From positions 49,347-87,948 of the forward strand of contig CAZVAJ010000002.1 in assembly GCA_964625085.1 (NCBI GenBank): 38,602 nt of DNA, written 5' to 3'. How positions within the stretch are numbered: the first letter of the stretch is position 1; the number at the start of each line of letters is the position of its first letter. Under the pieces are notes generated by a model, which saw only the letters and a program-made list of their open reading frames with translations, ran no database searches and was not told the DNA's origin. This document shows positions 27,526-35,600 of the stretch, piece after piece. The stretch comes from Candidatus Micrarchaeota archaeon. Lineage in GTDB: Archaea > B1Sed10-29 > JAJSAI01. The position numbers and the translations under genes are program-made.

Positions 27526-27660
27526 TCACGGCTGAATAGCCTTACTTTGGACAGATACGTTTGACTTCAGCCAGAACGCCACGAGCGCGACTATGGCTAT
27601 TATCGCTGCTACTAGTATGAGGTACTCTAGTGAGGCTTGGGCTTTGCTGTCCATTATCAT
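27526..27660 (-). CDS. 44-aa micro-pilin (class III signal; not in ORF track)
   Basis: Manual translation MIMDSKA|QASLEYLILVAAIIAIVALVAFWLKSNVSVQSKAIQP*; ATGA overlap with the TadC-like stop, GGAGGAG RBS (alternative ATG 27654). Confidence 0.82.
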   Translation of the reverse strand: MIMDSKAQASLEYLILVAAIIAIVALVAFWLKSNVSVQSKAIQP

Positions 27661-28556
27661 ACTCCTCCTACCATTCCTCCGCCTGCTATGAAGCTCATGA
27701 ACCCTGCAGCAACGAACACGTATATGATGTACGCGGCTATTGCTCCTATGGGAATGTACAGGACGCTTCTGCTTAGCTTGCCTTCTCTTATCATTACCGC
27801 GCCCATCATAGTAAGAGAAGATTCTACAAGGATGTATGTCTTGAACAGGAAGTCGTATGTTGCTGCCAGTCCAGTAGCAGCAGCAGCGCCTGTAGCTGAT
27901 GATTTTATGAGTATCATGAGAACAGAGTGCACGATCCCGAAAACGAGTGGTGCGACTATCACCCCTGCGGTTATAAGGAACAAGAACTGCATGAATGTTT
28001 TTGTTTTTCTTTCTCTTTTAAGCCGGGCGACTGCCCTGATATCCTGCGAAAGCGCGCTCAGGGTCTCGGTAAGAGCACCTCCGCTTTTTCTTGCGGAGAT
28101 TATGATCGTTGCCACTTTTTGTATCAGGTCTGACCTGGTTTCTTCTCCGAACCTCCTGAAGGCTTCTTCAAAAGTGATGCCTTCCCTAATGTTCTTAAGC
28201 ATTTTACGCATTCCAGGGGTTATTGGCCCATAGTCCATCTTGCTAACTTCTCTTAAAGCCATTTCAATTGTACCGCCTGTTTTTAATGTGGTGCTCATGT
28301 GCCCGAGAACGTCAGGAAGCTTGTCTTCCATCTCGGTCAGCTTTTTGTCAGCCTTGAAGAAAGGAAGCCCGAAAGCAAGGTCTATTAGCGCTAGCGCTAT
28401 CAGAAAACCCATAACAGGATCAAAGAACATTGTGGACAGGATTATCGCGATGGCTGAACCTGCCAGCCCCCCTCCTATGAGCAGGGGAGCTTTTCCTTCC
28501 CACCCAACATATTCAAGCGTTGTTGTGTACTTTTGTATGAATCCCATTATTATCAC
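27657..28556 (-). CDS. Type II secretion system F (TadC/TadB-like) pilus platform protein
   Basis: EDKLPDVLGHMSTTLKTG, YG, G-x-x-FEEAF, SGGAL-x-ETL, followed by TM helices. Confidence 0.92.
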   Translation of the reverse strand: MIIMGFIQKYTTTLEYVGWEGKAPLLIGGGLAGSAIAIILSTMFFDPVMGFLIALALIDLAFGLPFFKADKKLTEMEDKLPDVLGHMSTTLKTGGTIEMALREVSKMDYGPITPGMRKMLKNIREGITFEEAFRRFGEETRSDLIQKVATIIISARKSGGALTETLSALSQDIRAVARLKRERKTKTFMQFLFLITAGVIVAPLVFGIVHSVLMILIKSSATGAAAATGLAATYDFLFKTYILVESSLTMMGAVMIREGKLSRSVLYIPIGAIAAYIIYVFVAAGFMSFIAGGGMVGGV

Positions 28557-29734
28557 GTTCCAGGGTCAGATGCTTTGATGAAGAACAGGAACAATAGGAT
28601 GAAAGCAGGCGCGATCACGAAGTAGAACAGTGACAGCATTTCTGGAGTAAACATGCTGAACATCGCGACTTGCTGTGAGATTGCAGGACTGCTTCCTATT
28701 GCTGTTAGTATTCCAATTAGCACGGGCATGACTATAGCGCCCATCATGAGGAATAACCCTAACAGGTTGAGTTTTTCCGCGAAGTCAGCTATTTTCATTC
28801 TTTTCTCAAAGGCCACATCATCTGCGATGGTGACCATAACTTCTGAAAGGTTGCCTCCTGTTCTTATAGCCCTCACTATGTGGGCCATGACTCTCTTTAA
28901 GGCGTCTGATTTTGAGGATGCTGCCCATCTTGTCAGTGCTTCTTCTGTTGGCACTCCTTTTTCTATTTGCAGTAGCACGTTCCTAAATCCTTGCGAGAGC
29001 ATTCCGTAGTTTGCTTTAGAGATGGATTCCATGCTCTTGTATATTCCTACTCCTGCCCTGATCTCTATGCTCATGTGCCTGAGTGCGAACGGAAGGTCCT
29101 TTTCCACTTGTCTTGCTATGCTGTTAGCTTTCATTCCTGGCAAAAGGAGTAGCACTACAAAAATGAAGGCAGGAGCTGCTACTGCAAGCAGGATGCCTAT
29201 CATGGGCGAGAGAACATTTCCTGCAAGCAAGCCCATTGCAAGCAGGATCATGACTATGAACACCATGAAAGAGGAAGTTGTTGCCAGGGCAAGCCACTGT
29301 TCTGGAGTGTACCTGCTTCCTGAAGCAACAAGGTTCTGGCCCAGGCTTTCTCCAAACATTTTAGAGAAGGGCTTTAGGAGAATGTTTACTGCAGGGCTTG
29401 TTGCTCGGTACACTTTTCCGACGGTCCTAACCCCTTTTTCAGGAGCAACCGCAAGCTCTTCTGGCCGGCCTCTAGAGATTTTTACCACAGGCGCTTCTTC
29501 TATTAGTTTTCTTATCTCCTCCTCCTTTCCTTCGGAAGCGGTTGTGTACTTTTTCCGCATTCTCTGAACTATTTTTGACAGTGCTTCTGTGTCTATTTCT
29601 TTGCCTGTTTCAGGAGCTGGAGTGGTTGGAGTGCCCAGGACTGGTGCGGTCTTTTTCTTTTCTTTTTTAGCTTCGGGCTTTTTGGCTTTTTTCCCTGCCT
29701 CAAGCAGTTTTTTCAGTTCGTTAACGTCTGTCAT
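28553..29734 (-). CDS. Type II secretion system F (TadB/TadC-like) pilus platform protein
   Basis: EKDLPFALRHMSIEIRAG, YGMLS, G-x-x-x-EEAL, RTGGNLSEV; ATG 29734 overlaps the ATPase TGA. Confidence 0.92.
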   Translation of the reverse strand: MTDVNELKKLLEAGKKAKKPEAKKEKKKTAPVLGTPTTPAPETGKEIDTEALSKIVQRMRKKYTTASEGKEEEIRKLIEEAPVVKISRGRPEELAVAPEKGVRTVGKVYRATSPAVNILLKPFSKMFGESLGQNLVASGSRYTPEQWLALATTSSFMVFIVMILLAMGLLAGNVLSPMIGILLAVAAPAFIFVVLLLLPGMKANSIARQVEKDLPFALRHMSIEIRAGVGIYKSMESISKANYGMLSQGFRNVLLQIEKGVPTEEALTRWAASSKSDALKRVMAHIVRAIRTGGNLSEVMVTIADDVAFEKRMKIADFAEKLNLLGLFLMMGAIVMPVLIGILTAIGSSPAISQQVAMFSMFTPEMLSLFYFVIAPAFILLFLFFIKASDPGT

Positions 29735-31338
29735 TCTCTGGTACCCCACTCTTTATTCTCAAGTTTTCTGAATTCTCTTACCACTTCATCCTGTCTTCTT
29801 ATTCCTCTATCAAGCATTGACTTTATAATATCTTTCCTTTTATCGATCTCCATTCCAATGTCTGACTTGGACAAGCCGGTGAACTTCATGAGCTTTTGGA
29901 TGTACCTGCTGGGTATGCCTGTTGCTTTTATGGTATCAAGAGCAGGGTCTCTTTCGAATATCACCTGTATCTGAGGCTTTCCACCCATGACTCCTGTGAC
30001 CTCTGCTACTTCAGTAACCCTTCTTATTGTTCCTTTTCTTCTGTCATGAATCCTCTGCTGGACAACAACAAGATCAAGTCCTTCCAGCATGATTTCTGGA
30101 ACATTCATTGGAGGAGAGGTTACCCTAATCACTGTTTCATGAGCAGAATTAGCGTGCACTGTTCCTGCGCTTCCGTCATGCCCTGTGTTTATTGCAGTGA
30201 ACAGTGTTTCTGCTTCTTTGTACCTGATTTCTCCTACTATTATCCTGTCAGGCCTCATTCTCAAAGAGTTCTTGACAAGCACCTCCATGTTTATTTCTCC
30301 CTTGCCTTCTATTGAAGGAGGCCTTGTTTCCATTCTGACCCAGTGTTCTATCGGTAGTTTTAGCTCTGCTGTGTCTTCTATTGTGATGACTCTTTCAGAA
30401 GGGGGAATAAATGAAGAGAGCACGTTCAAGGTTGTTGTTTTTCCTGAACCTGTTCCTCCAGAGATTATTATGTTTGCAGGTTTTGCCCCGAGCCCGTCTA
30501 CCGCAAGCCACAAGAACGCGGCCAGGTCAAGGTCTATTGTACCGAACTTGACAAGATCAACCACTGTGTAAGGATCTTCTCTAAACTTTCTTATTGTCAG
30601 AGTGTTACCGTTTACTGATACTGGTTTTATCGTGGCGTTAACCCTGCTTCCGTCAGGAAGCCTGGCGTCAAGCAGGGGGGTTTGCAGGTCTACTCTTCTG
30701 TTAACCTGCCGCGCTATTCTGTCAATGATATTCTTTATCTCATCATCATTTGCGAACATTATGTTGGTTTTCATCATCTCGTAGTCCCTGTGCGCAACGT
30801 ACACTGGCTTGTTAGGTCCTATTACCATGATCTCTTCCAACTTGTCATCCTGCACCAAAGGGTCAAGCACCCCGTACCCGATCATTTCCCTGACGACCAT
30901 GTCAGCGTAAAAGTCTATTCTTGTTCTCGGGACCCCAAGTTCAGGACTGCCTTCTATGATTTCCTTGACCTTGTCAAAGTAAACTTTCCGCCTTCTTTCA
31001 GGGTCACGTATCTGTTCAGGAGAGATGGTGATAAGCCGGGTTGCGGCTTCTTTTATCGTGTTCACAAGGATCTTCTCAGGCCCTTTTGGTTTTATCACAG
31101 GAACAGTGTAAACAAGGAGAGGTTCTCCTTCAACCTTGTAAACTTTAACATTGCCATATGAAGATACGAGGGTTTTTGCCCCAAGGTATTCTAGTTCTGA
31201 GGATTCTTTTTCCCCTGTTTCTTCAATCACTTTCTTTATCTCTTCTTTTTCAGCTTCTTCCTTTTTCTCAGACTCTGTTTTTTCTTTCGCACCAACTGTT
31301 TTCTCTGACTCTTTAAGAAGCTCGTCAAGATATCCCAT
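29731..31338 (-). CDS. Type IV pilus assembly ATPase (CpaF/TadA/VirB11 family)
   Basis: GYGVLDPL, DARLPDGSRVNA, TIRKF, Walker A GGTGSGKTT, IEDTAEL, LRMRPDRIIVGEIR, NTGH...TVHA. Confidence 0.97.
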   Translation of the reverse strand: MGYLDELLKESEKTVGAKEKTESEKKEEAEKEEIKKVIEETGEKESSELEYLGAKTLVSSYGNVKVYKVEGEPLLVYTVPVIKPKGPEKILVNTIKEAATRLITISPEQIRDPERRRKVYFDKVKEIIEGSPELGVPRTRIDFYADMVVREMIGYGVLDPLVQDDKLEEIMVIGPNKPVYVAHRDYEMMKTNIMFANDDEIKNIIDRIARQVNRRVDLQTPLLDARLPDGSRVNATIKPVSVNGNTLTIRKFREDPYTVVDLVKFGTIDLDLAAFLWLAVDGLGAKPANIIISGGTGSGKTTTLNVLSSFIPPSERVITIEDTAELKLPIEHWVRMETRPPSIEGKGEINMEVLVKNSLRMRPDRIIVGEIRYKEAETLFTAINTGHDGSAGTVHANSAHETVIRVTSPPMNVPEIMLEGLDLVVVQQRIHDRRKGTIRRVTEVAEVTGVMGGKPQIQVIFERDPALDTIKATGIPSRYIQKLMKFTGLSKSDIGMEIDKRKDIIKSMLDRGIRRQDEVVREFRKLENKEWGTRE

Positions 31339-31365
31339 AACCCTCAGGGTATAAGAGGATAGAAA

Positions 31366-31382
31366 AGTATTTAAAAGGTTTG
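31366..31382 (-). promoter_or_regulatory. BRE-TATA promoter of the ATPase/platform operon
   Basis: Minus strand AAACCTTTTAAATA about 30 nt upstream of ATG 31338. Confidence 0.6.
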
Positions 31383-31409
31383 CTTATCGGAGCAGTGTTT
31401 TGTGCTTTT

Positions 31410-31655
31410 TTAGTCAAAGGAGTATTCTTTTAGTTGAACATCTTCTGGGGATACTCCTTCTACAAGTGCCCCCACTTCCATTCCAGGAGTTCCTTCTGGA
31501 ACGTCCTGCCTGTTAACCTGCAGGGACTTGACTGTTGCTTTTTTCCCATCAAAGTCAATTACGCTTCCTGGCTTAAGGGTGCCTTCTTTTATTCTCACTG
31601 CAACCACAAGCCCTATCTTAAGATTAAACTTTTGGAATACTTCAAGAGTGCCCAT
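31410..31655 (-). CDS. Stand-alone EF-Tu/IF-2 domain II-like beta-barrel protein
   Basis: G-x-VVAVRI-x-EGTLKPG...VKSLQVNRQDV-x-EG-x-PGMEVG pattern; GGTGA RBS. Confidence 0.75.
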   Translation of the reverse strand: MGTLEVFQKFNLKIGLVVAVRIKEGTLKPGSVIDFDGKKATVKSLQVNRQDVPEGTPGMEVGALVEGVSPEDVQLKEYSFD

Positions 31656-31739
31656 TCCAGATCACCAGCATTATTTTGTTCTCAAGGTATAAAAAGTATT
31701 GCAAAAGGGATAAAAAGTCCTACAAACTAAAAGTAGTTC

Positions 31740-32048
31740 ATGGGAATACTAAGCGCAAAGAAAAAGAAACCGCTCCTCTCAGAAAGTTACATTAAAAATA
31801 TTTCAAAAAAAATCCCGGGAGAAAAGAAGATTCCTGAAACATTCAAGAGAAAACTTGAACAAGCACGGGAGAAAGGATTCAGGCACAGGGTTCCTGAAAA
31901 AGCGCTTGAAGAGTTCCTTAAAGGCATAGAAATGATAGACAAGGGCGAAAGCCTTGAAACCGTGGTGAACATGCTGAAAGAAAGAGGAATACATGACCCG
32001 AGAATGTTCAAGGCTCTTGCAAAAAGAGCAGAAGAAAGAGAAAAATAA
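31740..32048 (+). CDS. Hypothetical Lys/Glu-rich protein
   Basis: 102-aa ORF filling the gap between divergent and convergent neighbours, purine-rich coding bias. Confidence 0.7.
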   Translation: MGILSAKKKKPLLSESYIKNISKKIPGEKKIPETFKRKLEQAREKGFRHRVPEKALEEFLKGIEMIDKGESLETVVNMLKERGIHDPRMFKALAKRAEEREK

Positions 32049-32067
32049 AAAATAAGGGTACTAGTTT

Positions 32068-32613
32068 TCAAATGCTTCCGGAAACCGCTCTTTTACTATG
32101 CCAGTAATATGCTAGGCCAGCCAACACCAGCGCAATGACGATACCTGCAACAAGAGGAACACTCAAACCACCAGAAGAATCCTCTTTTTCAGACTTGCTC
32201 TTTTCTTCTGTTTCAGAAGTATTTTCCTCACCAGACTGCTGGAAGGCAGAGGTTGTTATCTCTTTCTTGATCACACCTTTAGCAGTAGAAAACTTCATAT
32301 ATCCTGAAACAGTGTCAGGAGACAACTCGCACCCGCTCACTTCATAAGTGATATCCCTGTCCACAACATCGTTCCCGTAGAAAACCCATGAAAGGTTACC
32401 TCCAGCCACCTTATGGGGCACAGGGTCTGATGTCTTCAGCGAACAAGATTCTGGGAGGGACTCTGATACTATAACCACGCCCTGAGCAGGATTCTCCACG
32501 CGCATACTAATTGTAGCACCAGACGAAGATAATTCCCGCGTGGCAGTAACCTGCGCGAAACCCACGGCCATCATCACAGCCACTAAAACCGGAACAACAA
32601 AATACTTGTTCAT
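32068..32613 (-). CDS. Membrane-anchored Ig/cohesin-like domain protein
   Basis: Signal peptide MNKYFVVPVLVAVMMAVGFA, one beta domain, S/E linker, TM VPLVAGIVIALVLAGLAYYW plus a basic tail. Confidence 0.8.
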   Translation of the reverse strand: MNKYFVVPVLVAVMMAVGFAQVTATRELSSSGATISMRVENPAQGVVIVSESLPESCSLKTSDPVPHKVAGGNLSWVFYGNDVVDRDITYEVSGCELSPDTVSGYMKFSTAKGVIKKEITTSAFQQSGEENTSETEEKSKSEKEDSSGGLSVPLVAGIVIALVLAGLAYYWHSKRAVSGSI

Positions 32614-32615
32614 AC

Positions 32616-35600
32616 CTAAGCACCCCACCTGCTTATAAGATCAAGCAAATCCTCATCAGACATACCGCCAGCAGCCCACTTGTCTATGGCCTTGAGAACG
32701 TCCTCGTCAGAAATTTCTCCTGCTTCTTGCAGCACACCAACATGATCATCACCCTGGATCATGTCAAAAGATGCGCCCGTCTTCCAAGTCCCAGAGAACC
32801 TGCTGCCTTCAATCCCTTCATTAGTCGCGCCCTCAACAGGCTTCAGCGCGTACGTTATCTTCTTTTCTCCCAAGCCATTCTTGTCAAAGAACACCCACTT
32901 CAAAGTAGTGAAACCTTCCCCCACTGTTTTTTCTGAAGGTTCTGGGAACACAGATACAACCTGTAAAGTTAGAGGGATGTTCTCATAAACTATCAGCCCG
33001 TTCACTCCTTCTTCAGGCTTTATGGTTATCGTGCCCTCAAGCTCTTCTCTTATCCTGTACGCTTCCGGAAGGTCTCTGAAAACAGACACTTTCCCTCCAG
33101 CAGAAGTCTCTTCAGTAGAAGCGTTCCACTCCTGTTGCTGGGCTGGAATTGCCTTTTCTCCTTTCCATGCGATGTAGTCAAGACATCCTGTCATCTTTCC
33201 AGCTAGATGGGAATACATCACGAAGATTTTGTCCTTAAGAGCAATCCTTCTTTCAGGAGTATCAAAATTACGCGGGCTAAGCTTCCTGCTCATAAGATAC
33301 TTTCCGTCAACATAGTACTGGGCTGTGTGAGTCTCACCATCGTAAACCATCCTGTAAACGTGCCACTCGCTCGTGTCAACCCCATTAGCGGCAGCCCATG
33401 CAGTAGCAATCCGGGCATTCGCATTCCACGCCACGAAAATAGACCCTCCTACATAAGGCACCTTTGCCCTCGCTTCTATCGTGAAACTATCATTATACCC
33501 GTACGGGAAGTCCCTTGCCATGGCAAAATCATCATATCTCGTGTCATCATTAATGTACAAGCAGGATTCTCCGTCAACTGTTTTCACCTGAAGGCCTGTC
33601 TGATAATACCCATGCCCCCAGTTGCTGGTGTCGTCGAATGGATCATAAAACTCCCATTCCCCAGCAGAAGCCTGAACGTCACCAGAATATTCCTCAGCGT
33701 TTTCCACACTAACACCAGACCAATCATTATAACAGTGCGGTACGTTCACCTTCACGTACCTGAACGGAGTACTAACATCAAAGGAGTGAGAGTACTTTAC
33801 CCAATTCCAGGAGTTTTCTTCTCTTTTGCTCGTGACCTCAAATGATCCCACAGAATTCCAGCCAACACCATCAGAAGATACTGAGACAGTCACTTTGTCC
33901 TCGCATCCTTTAAATGATCCGGGAGCCACCTCAACAACAAGCCTGCCGCTGCCCAAAAGCGCTCCAACATCATGCACATGAGATCTCCTGTACCAGTTAC
34001 AACAATCAACAGTAATACAATGAGAATTCGGCCTCTCGCTCATGCTAGGAATGCTCCAACCCCTACCATTACCACACACATCAGAAAACTTGCTCGGAGG
34101 AAGACCTGTTTTTTCCTCTGATTCCTCCTGTTGTTCCTCTTGCTCCTGTTCCTGTTGCCCTATCTTTATTGCATAGAAATAATATACATCACTATAATCC
34201 CATGGTGCAACGTATATCACATTATTATCAAAAACAGGTGATGAGACGAAATCATATAAAGGATATTCTTTCCCCTTATATTCCAAGCTAGAGTATTTCT
34301 TTTCAATCGTACCATCTTCTGTATTCATTAGTATTACAGACCTTATTCCAAGACCAATCATATGATTGTTTTCTAAACGAATCAGGCTCTGAATTGATTG
34401 CATTCCTGTTTTCCAGACAAGATTTCCTGTGACCTTGTCCACTGCATAAACTGCCCCACCTTTAGATGAATAGAAGTACACTTGCTTTTCGTCAAGGTCG
34501 CTTGCAGACATTTTTAGCTCTCCGGAAGAAGACTTCCAAACAAGAGAACCATCAACAGCATTCAAACAGTACATATTACCTGAGTCATCTCCAAAGTAGA
34601 TATTCCCATAATCATCTGAAAGGGGTTTGGTAGCATAATGTCCAGAAACTGTAAATTGCCAAGTTTTAGTTTCTGAGGAAGCATCAAACCCTACCACAGA
34701 GTCAGCATTTGCCCCAACTCCAGAAACAACAATAACATTTTTGTCACCAGAATGCACTAAAATGGCTTCAGGAGCTCTAGATTGGAGAGAAGAGAACCTT
34801 ATCAAACTTTTTAGTTTAGGCGTGCTCAGGTCATAAACCAGAATACCTTCATTGGTGGTGACAAAAGCTTTGTTCTCCGCAATAAGTATCCCTGAACCTG
34901 AACTATGAGAATCCTCTTCAGCCCAAGTAACCGCACCAGTATTAAGATCCAAGGTATAAAGTTTGGTGCCATACGCTAGGAGATTGTTTTGCTCAGGGTA
35001 ATAAGCCAAACAATCAACAGAAGGAAGTGCTTTAGAGGTCCAAAGTGAACCGCCCGTGTTAGCGTTCCAAGCATACACGTTTCTCTTAAAGTCATCGTAC
35101 TTGTAAGTGAAAAATAATTTCCCTTGTGCTACCACAACATCCCCTGATACTACTTTTGGAACTTTTTTCGCCCAAAGCAATTCAAGCGACAACTCCTGAG
35201 ATGGCTGTGAAGGTTGAGTCTCTCCACCTGACTCTTCAGGCTGCTCTTGCTCCGGTTGCCCTCCCTGCTGCTCGCTCGGCACGCCTATTGCGTACACCTT
35301 ACCATCCCAAGAACCGACATACAACACCCCATCAACAACAGCAGGAGAAGAAATCACTTTATATCCAATAGCATACTTCCAGATCACATCTCCAGTACCA
35401 GCATCCAAAGCATAAACCTTACCATCAGAAGAACCAACATAAACAACACTACCAACAACAGCAGGAGAAGAAACAACATCCTCCCCAGTAGTATAGTTCC
35501 AGATCTTCTTACCCGTACTAGCATTCAAAGCATAAACATTATGATCCCTAGAACCAACATAAACAACACCATCAACAACAGCAGGAGAAGAAGAAAATAC

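Noticed and set aside
25641..31338. Archaellum (arl/fla) operon
   Set aside because: No ArlH/ArlF/ArlG or archaellin signature. Two Tad-like platform genes, a CpaF-type ATPase and +1 Gln pilins indicate an Epd-type pilus.
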